From the NCBI RefSeq assembly GCF_009914755.1, contig NC_060936.1: a stretch of 64,000 bases of DNA, one strand, 5' to 3'. Below, in pieces: positions 30,175 to 46,104 of the stretch. Under the pieces are notes generated by a model. The model searched no databases and was not told where the DNA came from. It worked only from the letters and a program-made list of their open reading frames with translations. Source of the stretch: the human T2T-CHM13v2.0 reference genome, Homo sapiens. Made by a program: the position numbers and the translations under genes. Each line of letters begins with the position of its first letter. The stretch's first letter is position 1.

Positions 30175-30440
30175 GTATGTGATAAAATGGAAAGAATGTG
30201 ATTTGGAGCCAGAAGACCCAAATGTGGTCCTGATTATGCCATTCACTGGCTGAGTTATTTGGGACAAGCCATAACCCTATGAGAATCAGATTCCTCCTCT
30301 GTAAAATGGGGTTTTTGTAAAAAAATCAGACTTCTCCTCTGTAAAATGTTTTTTTTTTTACAATAGCCATTGTAAGGCTATTGTAAAAGAAAATGGGAAA
30401 ATTATTTGTAATTCTAAATTGCTATAGAAATATTAACCAT
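30175..30440 (+). mobile_element. MIR with an internal ~25-bp duplication
   Basis: TTTGGAGCCAGAAGACC...CTGTAAAATGGGG; AATCAGA..CTCCTCTGTAAAATG occurs twice. Confidence 0.7.
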
Positions 30441-30994
30441 ATGGCTTTGATAAGATATTTGAATCACATCTGAATTGATGAACAAGAAACCACTGGAAAA
30501 TTCTGATTATATATGTCTCCACCAACTTCTTGACCTTATTTTTTAGCATTAAAAACACATAAAAATATAATACAGCAAAAGCACATAAAATATATAATAT
30601 ACCATGTACAAAAATAACTATTATGTGGAATTCAATATCATTTAGTTTAAGGTGGATGTTATCGAAATCTATGTCTTTATATTATTGACCCCTTACAGTA
30701 CGGGGTGCATAGACGTCTGTTAAGAATGATTCTACTATGAAACAGACATAAAGGAACATTCTTAAAAGCCTGTAATTTCTAAATAAAAGTCAGTGAACCT
30801 CTTTCTTTTTTTCTTTTTTTAATTTATTTATATATATATATATATATTTTTATTATACTTTAAGTTCTAGGGTACTCTGCCGTTAAGACCCTATATCTAT
30901 AGACAAAACAAATCCTAACTGGCAGCGTATAAAGTACTCTTTAATTCACACAATGTGTTATATTTCTGGAAAAGATAGTCTCAGGAGCAGTTTA

Positions 30995-31330
<336 letters not shown>

Positions 31331-32487
31331 TCAAACTTTTCAAGTTTCTGAAAAGGAACTGATTGCCCAGCTTTTTATAGAATGAATCACAAACCTCATT
31401 TTTACCTATAAATAATATTGCTTTATTTTATATAATAATCACTGGAATTTTTAGAAAGTGTTAGGAAGGAGTTGTTATAATAATCAGTTATATATAACTG
31501 AATTTAATGATTCAGCCTCATGCTAAACTATATATAATTCTTAATTTCAAAAAACTTTTTAGTATAATAAACATGAAGGTAAAAGCCTGCCTTTGTAAGT
31601 TTCTAAATGTGAATCCAATAATGTATTTTTTTTCTTGCGGTGAATTTCAAGATCGTTTGTTGGCCTTCTGCTATGCAAGGGGTTGGAATTCATTTTCTCT
31701 GCAATGATGATGAGCACAAAACATATAGAGAAGCCATCTTGTTCAAGTGAAAGCTGGCATGGTAAAATGGGAATGGTTTATTAAGAACTAGTATAAGTGG
31801 TTGATTGGATAAGAACTTAGAAAACAAAACAAATAAATAAGGCTCTAAAACATTTGAAAGTCTCAGTGGCAACTTAGGAAAATAGATATGACTCAGATTA
31901 TAATTTAAATAGTGCCTATGCATTTGGATCACTAAAGTTATATGGTCAACTAGGGAGAAAACCTAAAGATATCAATAGGTCAGATGAATCTCTTAAAGGA
32001 TGACTTATTAGAATCCTTTCTACAGTCTTATTAGGCCCTAAATGTGGAGGTGACACATGATCCTTAGGCATGAATCCAGAAAACATACCACGTAGTCCCA
32101 AAATGAGGGTTATTGCAACGCAATTCCCAAAGTTTATTGATGCAAGAGAGTTGTTTTGTAATAACCTGGACAAATCCCTTTAGAAGATGGGTTTCTTTAT
32201 GTCCAGGCCAAATTTAGCTTTGTGTTTTCATGGCCATGTTTATATATATATTCTTATATTTGCAAACACTATATTTATAGACTCTTCTAGAAATCTCCAC
32301 TTATCCAAATGACATATTTTTGCTCATCTATTCTTTTTTACAGCAGCCCTATAATTCCTTAACTTTCACTTCTATGAACTCTTTCTAGTATAATTATAAT
32401 TGTTTAGTAGTGACTGAGGTGTTCATCTCTTTTCTTCCTTGGGAAATGGAACAAAGATGAAAGTGTTATTTATTATTATTATTCTCT

Positions 32488-34141
32488 GTATGATAGATTA
32501 TTAAAATGACTACAAATTCCTTGCGTCTGCCTCCACACTCTTATTAGGTGATGTTGCAGATCTTTCCTTCAAGAGGGTTGGTCTATATCCCCTTCCTTTA
32601 AAGAATAGGCTGGTCATGTGACTTACTTTGGCCAATGGGACATTAGCAAACAATGCAAACAAAGGCTTGAAAAGCACTTGTGCATTGGGGTTCGCTTTCT
32701 TATTGGGCTTGGAATTCTGAGACAGGCCACTGAGTGGACAACATGGGCTAACTACTGAAAGATGGAAGAAAACTGGGGTCTTGTCTACCAGCCAGCCAGC
32801 CATCAAGTTGGGTGAGGCCATGCAAGATCATGCTGTCACCATCAAATACACTAGCTTACCACAGATGCAAGAGAATGTTCAGAAAAGATCAGATAAACTT
32901 GCCCAGGCCAAAACAACTATCCAATTGACTCACAGAATCATAAGCCAGATCATGAGGATTAAAGAAAGTTCCCACGCTGTATTACTTATCTATTGCTGTG
33001 TAATAAATCACCCTCAAACTTAACAGCTTAAAGTAACAAACATTTATTATCACATATCCTATATTCTATAGACTATATATCTATAGGATATTTTATATCT
33101 TATCTCCTCTATTCTATAGGTAGGAATCCAGGCATAGCTTATCTGGATGTCTCTGGCTCAAGGTCTCTCATAAAGCTGAAGTCAAGGTGTTGGCTGAAGC
33201 TGCCGTCATCTCAGAACTTGACTAGGAAAGGATCCAGTTCCAAACTCACTCACATGACTTTGGTGAACTTCAGGTCCTCTCTGACTGGGCTGGAGATATC
33301 AGTTCCTTGCCACATCCCCTCCTTGCCTTGGCCTCCTGCCATTGAGCTGCTTATATCATGGCAACTTGCTTCCCCCAGAGAGAAAGATCCAAGCAAGAGC
33401 AAGTGAAAGAAGCCCTGAAGGCAGAAGCCACAGTCTTTTTATAACCCAATCTTGGAAGTGATATTTCATCACATCTGCCAAATTTATTTGCTAGAAGCAA
33501 GTTACTAATGCAGCCCTTATTCAAGGGAAGGAATTATCCAAGGGCATCCTAACAGGAGCAGGTATCACTGAGAGTCATTTTTAAGTCTGCTTCTTAGAAA
33601 AATAAAATTTCTGGTTTTTGTATAGCCATAGTGACAGGTAGCCACCATACCAATTTTAAACACATTAAATAGATCAACTGTAATGTGTCTCAGTGAACAT
33701 GCTTTTGCAAGCCCAACCAGTCAATATTAACCCCTCATTTCTGTAAATCCATCAGTCAGGAATGTATTCACCAGAAGAAGCACATCTCTGAGTATGCCAA
33801 CCAATCAACTAAAGTCTCACCCAAGTAACTGTGGTTCAACAAGTGATGTCAACTCACTTGATGACAATGAGTTTCAGATAATGACCCTGAAAATCCACCA
33901 ATCTCTGAACTCCATGTATCCCCCAAACATTCTATGAGGTCAGCAGTCTGCTCAGCTAGGAGAGATGGCTTGATCAGCACTGTCCTTCCCTACCATGTCA
34001 GCGATAAGTTGAGCCTTGTGTTTTTTGTTTGTTTCACATATTGATAATGGTCTATCACCTTCTAACAGTTCAATAGATGTTGTTTTTAGCCACTAAGTTT
34101 TGGTAGCAAGCTGTTAGGCAGCAAAAGTTAACTGATATACT
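32488..34141 (+). mobile_element. MLT1G-like LTR (32488-32952 and 34068-34141) hosting two nested LTRs
   Basis: TTTGGCCAATGGGACATTAGCAAA...GGCTTGAAAAGCACTTGTGCATTGGG; the 3' end GCCACTAAGTTTTGG...AACTGATA resumes at 34068. Confidence 0.75.
32978..33592 (-). mobile_element. MLT1 (F/H-like) solo LTR, innermost insertion
   Basis: TGTATTA..TATCTATTGCTGTGTAATAAATCACC...AAACATTTATTATC. Confidence 0.75.
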
Positions 34142-35429
34142 GGCAAATAGCAGATCCTTCAGAAGTCATTCTGTTTTTCATCCTCAAAAGAATGGAAGCT
34201 CAGCTCATTTGGCATGGAAATTGGGAAATATAGATTGTCAGCCATTAATGGGAATAATGGCTTATAAAAGTGGGTAAGAGTTAAAGTTATTATTGTCCTG
34301 AATTCAGATTAATTTGTGATTCAAGACATTCTGTCACTCCTTTTAAAACCTAATTATAGATGTCTTAAGTGTTTCTGGAAAAATCTGTTAAATTCCTTCA
34401 GTGGACTTGACTTTTCCTCTTAAAATACTAAAGATGTTGGTGCTGACATTGTGAAGGCACATACTCTCACATAACTGCAAAATAATTTCTGAGAAGCTGG
34501 TATCTGTAAGGTAACTTTTAAAGGCTCTGATTTATTTCTGTGGTTAAGAAAAGAGGAATTATTAAGAAATTGTTGGAAATGTGCCGTGGCTAGGTTTTTC
34601 CTCCTCATATTTGTAGGCTTTCATGTGAAGCTCCCTTAGCTCAGCATTGGTCAAAACATGTTTGTTCCATAGTATCTTGTGCTAATTTTCTAGAAGAACA
34701 GTACATTAAAAAAAAAAAAAAAAAAAAAAAAAACAAACCTGGAGGTTTGTCACATACTGGTCAACAACCAGATGATCGGTAATCCCTACGAAAGAAGAAT
34801 GTGGCAAGAAATAATCTAAAACATAAATTATTATTTCCCAAACCAATTACATTTAAAGCATTTTAACTTAAAGCACATCTCAGTGTATATAAAGAACTGG
34901 TGTTGAAAGGCTGTAATTGGAGATAAAATCAAGGTCGAATCTAAAATACTGTAATAAAGAATTCCAAGTACAAGTTGAGAGTACAGGGAGTTTTTGAGAT
35001 AGTTTAAATACAGCAATGACATAATCAGAGCCATGTTTTAGGAATATAAATTTGGTATATGTGTAGGGTAAACAGTAGTGGGGAGAAAATAGATGGAAGC
35101 AGACTAGTTAGGAACCATCACAGCCCAGGTCATGGGCATTAGTGCTCCTCTACCATCCACACACCAACCACCTTAGAAGACACCTAACAGTTGTACACCA
35201 GTCTCTTATCTATAAAACAAAGTGAGGTTAAGCTACATGATCCTTAAGGTCCTTTGTAAAACATAAAAACAAAAACAAAACTCCTTAACTTTCTGGGGTC
35301 TTAGGAAGCAACATTAAAGCCATGGAAGAGTTTGGGCTATTAAAAGAGCAAAAACCAACCTTGGTTGAGTGTTGGTCAAAGATAAGCCTCCTTTGCTTAC
35401 TTCAACCACATCCCAAAGCAGAAATCCCA

Positions 35430-35730
35430 CTTACACAATAGTTGACAGATGGTCTTGAGTCTCTGCTTCAATACCTCCAGTAATATAGAACTCACTCTTA
35501 TGAAAGAGATCACTTCATTTCTGGGCAGCTCCAACTGTGTTTTCATGTCCTTTGCTACTGAGGTAAAATCTGTTTGTTCTTATTAGTTCTGCTCTCTGGC
35601 ATTACACAGAAGTCCACTTTTGCTTTTGTGTGACCACTAAACTTGAGCCCATCCCTCTAAACTAAACACTCTAAAGTATTTTTAACTGTTTTTAGAGGAT
35701 GTGATTTTTGGACTTTTCACCATCTCAAAC
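35430..35730 (-). mobile_element. L3/CR1 fragment
   Basis: CTCTGCTTCAATACCTCCAGT...CTCAC...GGGCAGCTC. Confidence 0.6.
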
Positions 35731-37361
35731 ACCCAGAAGGAAAGTGTCACAGCTTATGTGAATCCCCAAATGCTGCTGTGACAGTTCCCGGCTCCTTCTC
35801 AATCCACCCTTGCCCTGGCTGTCAGAATGAGAACACAGCTCATACACTCTCCCTCCAAGATCAAAACTCATGGTTCTCTAGTGTGTGGGCTCCAAGGATG
35901 AGGTTTGTGGAATGACTCCAGAGTGATCTGTGGATTAATAAACTGACTGGGACTGAACATCCCTCATTCCCAGTGGGAGGGGCTGTACCTGAGCCCAATT
36001 TGCCAAATAAATGGTGACCTCTTGATTGGTGGCTTCTTTCCCACAGCTCAAGGGGCTGTGAATTCCCATGGGCCCTCAAAGTCCGCCAGACCAGGTCAGA
36101 TGGCACTTCTCGCCACTCCCCTAATCAGCAAGCACTTAAGTTCAGCCTGCTTAACACCTGAGTCTGAAGATTCTTGCTCTCCCAAATAATCCACTTTCAA
36201 GTTTATACCATAAGGTTTGATAGCAGGAGTTCAGGGTCCTTTCCCCGCAATGCAAATTCACTGTGTGTCTGGCTACACTGCCCTGGGTTCCAACTCCTGA
36301 GCCTCAGGGGTTCTGAAAACACACAGGTCTCCAAACCTCTTCTTTCTGATCCTTGGGTTACATATTTCCCCAATAAATCTTGTACCATCTGCCTACTCTG
36401 AAGTTGTGAAATTCATAGTCATCCATTCTACCAAAGAGTTATAGTACATGCACATATACATACACACAGAATTTACACAAATGTACACATTGTTTCCCTC
36501 TTAATTTCTTCCTTTTGCTGGGAGATTAGGTCTGGTGTTCACATTGAATGTATTATTGCTTCTGTAAGCCATGTGGATTGAATTTCTCTCATAATGGATT
36601 TTCTGAAAGCAAAAGTATTAATTCCAATTACCTGTTTATTTCTCAAGTGGCAATACCTGCTCTTAACCCAAAGGGCATAATGTTACTGCACAAATATGCC
36701 TATCAGCTGAAGATAATATCTCAGGGGAGGTTGCTCAGGAAGTTTCCAGGCCTCCAGATAAGCTCCTTATTTGGGAGGATCCTCCAGACAGCCAGCCTCT
36801 GGAGTGCAACCAAGCAGGGATCAGGGGCTAGGGTTTGTTTACACAGATCTCTAATCCCTGAGCCCAGGGTCTCTGGTAGTTTCTTTGTGAAAGCAAGGTT
36901 TTTAGTTCACAAACTTGAACCATTGTTACTCAAGCTTGTCTTTGGTCACTCAGTCATCTTTCCACCCAGCATTATATAAATGCTCCTCCAATCATCTGCA
37001 AGCAGGAAGGGGTAATGTTAGCTATTGGCTGGGAGTTCCAGATGGTCACTGGGGCAAACTGGAGACCTTTATGGAGTTGAGGAGACTCTTATGGAGTTGA
37101 AGGGGCTTGCAGGTATGATTTAAAGAGCAGGAAGTCTAAGGGAGGAGTTCACACCTGTTCTTTATCTTTTGCTAAGAAACCTCCATATTATGGCCATCAG
37201 GTAAAGAGGCAGGCCATTTCTCAGATTAGAAAGAACCATTTTCCATAGTAAAGGCAGACCCAATTTCCTCTGAATGGTATGCACTCATAGCATGCCTTCT
37301 GGCCATGAGACTTCATGATGAATATTTCAGCCTGCTCATAAGAGCTGGGGAGGATCTATTG

Positions 37362-37600
37362 GGTATTAATATTTACTATGTACCAGGCACAGTTCTAATT
37401 GTTTACAGATTTTAACCCTTTTAATCCACAGGAGAGGAATCTGGCAGAGATATTCTTATTAACCCCATTTGATAAATAAAGAAACTAAGGCACAGGGAGT
37501 TAGTAGCCTGCTCTGTGTTTCACGGTGAAAAAGTGTGGCAGAGGCAGGATTTGGACCCAAACAGTCTGGCTCCAAAGTCCAGGCTTCACGGGGGCACATA
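37362..37600 (-). mobile_element. MIR SINE
   Basis: TACTATGTACCAGGCAC...CCCCATTT...GAAACTAAGGCACAG...GGATTTGGACCC. Confidence 0.8.
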
Positions 37601-40040
37601 CTGCCCTTCCAGACATCTCTGTCCCCTCAGGGTGACCCCCAACTTATCCTTCCAAGTCCGTCTCCCTACTCCTCTGTAGTAAAACTGGAGTATTCACTCT
37701 TTTCTGAACAAAATCTGTTTTCCCCACCTGTGTGTCCTCTCATGCCCATCTCCACACCCCATTCCCACCTGTAAATCTCTCATCAGTTTTGGGGAGAGTC
37801 CATCTCAAAGATACTATCAAAACAAAAGAAACTAACATTTGCTAAGCTCCTGTTACCTTTTGGGTTTTGTGCTGAGGAAACTCACATAAAATATTTTATT
37901 TAATTGTCAGTCTAACTCTTTGACATAGGATAATTTCCTCATTTTCCAAATAAGAAAAAGCTCTCAGATGAGTACCCTGCTCAGCTGTAAAGAGCAGTAC
38001 TGGGCTGACTGCAGCTGTCCACAGTGGTGCCTTAAGCATTAAGGGTGTCCTCCCTTTAGCTTGGTCCTCCCACGTAGCACTTTGTGCAGCTCTCACGACA
38101 CTTCTTTGTACCTTATAGGTATTTGTGGAATACTCCTATAATACGACTTCTGTAGCAGGAATTGTATCATGCTCCTTTCTTCCCTGGGGTGTCCAGCCTA
38201 GTCCTTTGTACCTAGGCTAATTAATAAGTATCTGTGTAACTGAATGAAACTGGATGGAGGATTAGGGAGGCAGGCATTGTGGAGGAGACAGGCTCAGTCT
38301 TGCCAGCTTCAACACTTCTTCCAAGTTCCTAAATAATGAGCTGTCAAGTTTCCTTGAGTTGCTAAGCCTTTTGGGAAGGAAAAAGTGAACTGAAACAAGC
38401 AGCTACGTGCCTCAATCCACCAGAATAGGAAGCTCCTGCTTTCAGACATGACGAGTCTCCAAAATATGTGGTGTTAACTCCAATCGCGCACATCTAGCAC
38501 AACTTGTGACTGCACAGGCGTGTGCAAACGAGCTCAGGAGTAGAGACATTCTAACCCAAATGTGACAGAATACATTAAAACACCACAAAAGCAACTTAAC
38601 TTGAATATTACATGGCTCCTACAAAAGAAAATAATTTGCCTGGTAACTTTCTTTTATCAAATGCCATGTTTTTACTTAAATGTGTCTATTAATTAGCCTC
38701 AGTTTGTTGTATGCCAGTTGTGTAAGTTATTAGCTGAGGAGTGCAAGGTACCATGTCTGTTCCACCATTGCTGGATCCTAAGTTCCTGAAAATGAACAAA
38801 ACAGGACAAAACAAATATTTCCTTTTCTATTTCTGCTGCCTTCTTCTCTCTCATTCTGAAGCAGGGGGCTGAGAGTTATAAAGATAATCCAGCCATTAAG
38901 CAAAAATAGTTTTAAGTACCAGCCCTCTTTATCTTGCTCTGATTCCAAATGGCTGAAAAACAGGAGAGGCTTTAAAATCCATAAAGTTGATGATACAGTT
39001 GCCAATAAAGTACTGGAGAAAGAGAAGAAATAACTTAGCTTACATTTTATCCTCTATATAAAAATGGTTATAGGGCAGTCAAGGCAGCATGGCGTGGGAG
39101 AAATTGGATTTCAATTGATCAAAAGGCTGGATCATAAATTTGAAAGGGGAAATACTGGATGCAGGGAGACCAGGAGATGAGTTATGGCAGTAGTTTTATA
39201 AAAGATGATAAGGACACCCCAAATCAGTGTTAGAAGGAATTATCATTTGGGAGGTGCTGGGAAAGGGTTGGTAGTCAACTGGATGAGGATTGGTGAGGAA
39301 TCAAGGGCCATTCCCTATCTGACTCTTGGGTGAACAGTATCACCACCAATCGACTCCAGGGTAGCAGGAGGTGGAACAGCTTAGAGTTGCTTGCTGCAGT
39401 TTCCTGGTAAAGTAGGGAGCAATGTCACTGGCTACTAATGAGAGGAGAGCAAGTATGTTAGGTTCTTGAGGATAGTGGAGGTCTACAATGGTAACTGAAT
39501 ACAGAGAAGTTACTGACCAAAGGAAACGAAAAGAGAGAAGGGCAGAACCGGAAAACACACACTGGTGGAGAAGTATGACTTTCTAGCAGTGTTCCATTGG
39601 CCAGCTGTAAGAAGAGAGAGAGCAGAGTGTGACAGCAATAAATACAGAATAAGCTTCATTAAAGGAGATCTGTCAGATGACCTTGATGTTTACTTGGTCT
39701 AACATACTCTTGATTGCCAAAGTCTTTACTGAGATAGTCAGATAATAACTACTCAGGCCAGATACTGACCCACACTATTTGTGTTTTCAACTAATCAGTG
39801 TATAAACTAATACATTTAGAGTAATCAACGTGAGAAGGATTTGAGGGAGCTAGGACTGGAAGCAAGGAGACTAGCCAGGGGCAGTCCATGCAAAAGATAA
39901 AGTTCTGATCCAATGCAATATTAGTTGGGACATAACTCAGGATTTTATGAAGCCAACAAGAATGTTTTTTGTTTTGTTTTGTTTTGTTTGTCTGTTTTAA
40001 TGTATGACTGAGTCCCCAAAAGAAAAGTGAAGACTTAGCA

Positions 40041-42316
<2,276 letters not shown>

Positions 42317-42331
42317 TAGCATTTTTAAGAG

Positions 42332-42595
42332 GCAGTGTGACTTTACAGGAAAGAACACTGGCTCTGGTAAGTCAACTCTCTCAGTTCAAATCCCAACTAT
42401 ATTGCATACGAATTGTGTGACAACTCTTATGAGGCACAATAATCATTTCCATTTTACAGATGAGGCACAACCAGGTTTAGGTAACTTGTTCAAGTTACAC
42501 AGTTGTAAAAATTAAATAGATTAATACATGCAAAGGGCTTGGTAAAACTGCCTGATACCTATTAAGAACTCAGTAAACATTTGTATTATTATTAT
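42332..42595 (+). mobile_element. MIR with an inverted core
   Basis: 5' and 3' parts are sense; 42421-42494 is antisense (CCATTTTACAGATGAGG). Confidence 0.8.
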
Positions 42596-43640
42596 GTATA
42601 TTTAACCCAAATATTGTCCTCACCTCAAAAAAATCATCTTGTTCTTGATATTAAAATCAAAATGCTTAAAGGTTCCATCTACAGTGCCCTCTCTGAGATT
42701 TGTGTACATTCCTGTAGATTGCAGCAGTTCTTGTTCAAATTTTCTTTGCTCATGAAACTCTTCAATTCACTTCTCGTCTCCTGTGGCTGTTCTGTTTTTC
42801 TACCTTGTTTTGGTTCAAACGTAGAGCACAGCCTCCTCTCCTAGATATCTGTAAAGTGCTTCCATCACAACGCCGTTAGAAAAATTTTGCCCAAAGTTTA
42901 GAGGGTGATAGAGTGGCAGCTTATACCATAGCACAACAACTTAACATGGAATATTAGACACCTTTGTTTTCGCAAGTCCATTGGACATATCCATTGTCAG
43001 GAATGTATACTAGTGATTTTCTTGCCTCACATGACCAAGTTGCTGAACCTCTTGCTCTCTCTTTCAGCCTCAACTTCTTTATCTTTCTTCCTTTTTAGCC
43101 TAATAGCCTCATGTCTTCTTTTGGCTGCCAAAGGAACTCCGTCTTTTTCTTTATTATTTGCAGCAGTTAGCTTTCTCTTTGTTTCACATCTCCGCCTTGC
43201 AGAACCATGATCTATCAAGGTGTTTTGTCAAACAAAAAATAATACTTTCCCCGGGAAAAAGCTACTGTTAACTTTTAAAGTACATTTTCCTCATTAAATG
43301 TACTAACATTCACAATTAAAAAATGCAACATAGTGTTGTTCTAATATAAGTGTCTAGTTACTCTATATGATTCACAAACCCAAGTAATGAAAAATCCCTT
43401 TTTATTCAATTTGACAATACAGTATTTTGTTCAGGATTTTTGCATCTTTGTTCATGAGAGAGATAGATTTGCAATTTTCTTTTTTGGTAATGTTCTTTTC
43501 AGTCAAGGTTATACTGGCTTTAGAAAATAAATTGGAAATGCATATTTTCCTTTTTCTCTTCCCTGGAAAAGTTTGTATAAAAGTGTTATGTCTTCTTTAA
43601 TGTTTAGAAGAGATCACGGGTAAAACACTGGGCCTGGATT

Positions 43641-43696
43641 TGTGTGTGTGTGTGTGTGTGTGCATGTGTGTGTGTGCGTGCGCGCGTGTGCATGTA
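43641..43696. repeat. (TG)n/(CG) alternating purine-pyrimidine microsatellite
   Basis: Read directly; potential Z-DNA former. Confidence 0.95.
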
Positions 43697-45484
43697 GAGT
43701 TCATTGAGGAGAACTCAAATTGTTTTTATTTTAATGTTTCTTACATGTGTTAAAACTACTCCATATGGCCCATAGTTTCTATACAAATATAAGAACAGAA
43801 TCAATTTACCTGCTAAAGATAAAGCTGTGAAACCTAGTAACTTTCAAAGTTAACAGTATTCTCTGATGTAATGAATAATTGATTTTCATGGGCTAGGTTG
43901 CAATGTGAAATGTGAATGTGGTATTGTTTGGGTCTTCTGTTGTTGCCATACCTAAGTTCTCTTGTGCCATGAGATGACTCAAGTTTCCCACCCCTTTTCT
44001 TTATTCAAATATGAGAAATTTATTTTCATAAGGCTGACAGTGACATCATTTGGTCTTCATTTAGCAGAAATGCCTGATTTATGCATTAAATACTCAACTG
44101 TTCTTTTTATATTAGCCTGTAATCATTAGAATACATGCTCTCTTATATTACTTGGTGGCAGGAGGTTGTTTTATGTTGTCAAATCAATTTCATTTATCTA
44201 CTAATATAAGAAATTGAAATTGCATTCTATGGGAAAGCCTTTTAATTGAAAACAATCATTCAAAAGAGAAGTTGCATATTCATAACTAGGAAAAATAATT
44301 CAACTCTAGCATAACTGGGAACAAGGGAAGTTGTTTATGTTCTAATATTAAGACACCTAACGTCTGGCTGCTGACCCTGACATCAGGCAAGCATGTTTCC
44401 AATGCATTAAACTTAAATATAGTCACTTAAAGTAATTCCTCAGGACTACTGCAAACACAAATTCAGAAGTAGAAACTAAAATTGCATGATAATATTTGAG
44501 GATAAAGTGGTTACATAGATGGCTACAAATGTGTTTATATTGTCTTTGAGGATTATCATTGAAAAGAAAATACACACTCACAGAATTTCTATACAGAACA
44601 GGTGGACCTTTGAAAATGCATTTAAAGACCCTCACAATTCTAATAACCCTAGTGAGAAACACTATTCCATACTAAACAATCAATTTTTTAAAACTCTACT
44701 TTTGTCTGGCAGCCTATTCATTCATCATTCTTATTCTGTTGTCATTTTCTGTGTGTGCTCTGTTCTTTTTGTTCCAAAGCCAGTGTCTACATTTAAGAGG
44801 GTCCATACTATACGGGCAGAAAGATTTTAAGCTTTGCATCTGCACATGCAAAATTTACTCTAAGTATTGAGTTCTTTGCTGTCCTGTAAGAAGCTCTGTT
44901 AAGGTGTGGCTGAGTAATATTAATTCTTATGGCTTTTTTTGTTTGTGTATTTGTTTATGCTGTGCCCTTACCCTCTTTGGGCTGGACTAGACGTTTTTAT
45001 TGCTCCAAGAGGAAATCACCATGGCAGAACTGGAGGATATATGCATTAACTTCTTGATTTTTAAGTGTGAGAAAGCCTGTCCTGTTGAAACTGCTGAGCC
45101 AGTTCACTAGCACCTCTGCTCCCAGCAGAAGAGGGAGGAGGGGTCTCGGTCGGAGTTAGGAGATGATTTAGAGTAGAGGCGGAGAGTTCACTGATGGTGA
45201 GAATCTCTGCACAGGTGTGCTGTGCCCTGCTTCCTTGCTTACTTGTTAGCTCCAAACTTGGGGAGGGTGGGTTGTTAAAGAAACAATTCTCCAAAATGTG
45301 AGAAGAAGAGATAGGCACACTGTTTTCTCTCTAGAGAAATAGAACAAGAACAGAATAAGAGACAGCTGCATGGGGAGCAGGACTGGAGAGGTGTGAGGCA
45401 GCCCATCAGGTTTTCTGTTTAACAACAGAAATGGGGTTGGTAGCAGAGTAGAATTTTCTATAGCCCTAAGAAAGGCAGCAAGCC

Positions 45485-45773
45485 GGCTGGGCGCTGTGGC
45501 TCACACCTGCAATCCCAGCACTTTGGGAGGCCAAGGCGGGTGGATCACTTGAGGTCAGGAGTTTGAGGCTAGTCTGGCCAACATGGTGAAACCCCATCTC
45601 TACTAGAAATATAAACGTTAGCCAGGCGTGGCGGTGAGTGCCTGTAGTCCCAGGTACTTGGGAGGCTGAGACAAGGAGAATCACTTGAACCTGGGAAGCG
45701 GAGGTTCCAGTGAGCAGAGATCACGCCACTGCACTCCAGCCTGGGCAACAGAGCAAGACTCCATCTCAAAATA

Positions 45774-45812
<39 letters not shown>
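45485..45812 (+). mobile_element. AluSz/Sx with a (TAAA)n tail
   Basis: GATCACTTGAGGTCAGGAG; degenerate TSD AGGCAGCAAGCC/AGGCACCAAACC. Confidence 0.93.
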
Positions 45813-46104
45813 GAGGCACCAAACCTTGCTAAGAGCACACTGGCAGACCTGAGGCTGAGGTATAGACAGTATGTCTAAAAATCACTGAGAGTGTGACCTC
45901 TTAAAAGATGTCAGCATGGAGGAGCAATGCCAATAGCCAGGTGGAACAATGACGATTCATGGCAGTGAATACCAGTGTAGACAGATGGCTAAGGACTACA
46001 CGCCTCCCTTGATGCCATGTTGGCACATGAACCCCAAACATAGATGCTACCTTATAGTGAAGGAAGGGCAGGGGACAATCCCCAATGACTGAACCTATGA
46101 CGAC

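Noticed and set aside
34708-34733. Isolated poly(A) as a retrocopy tail
   Set aside because: No TSD, upstream polyadenylation signal or recognisable body.
36548-36979. 143-aa ORF
   Set aside because: No recognisable homology or coding-like composition; likely a chance frame.
44900-46090. Possible old LTR surrounding the AluSz
   Set aside because: Composition is LTR-like, but I could not define termini, a TSD or a family.
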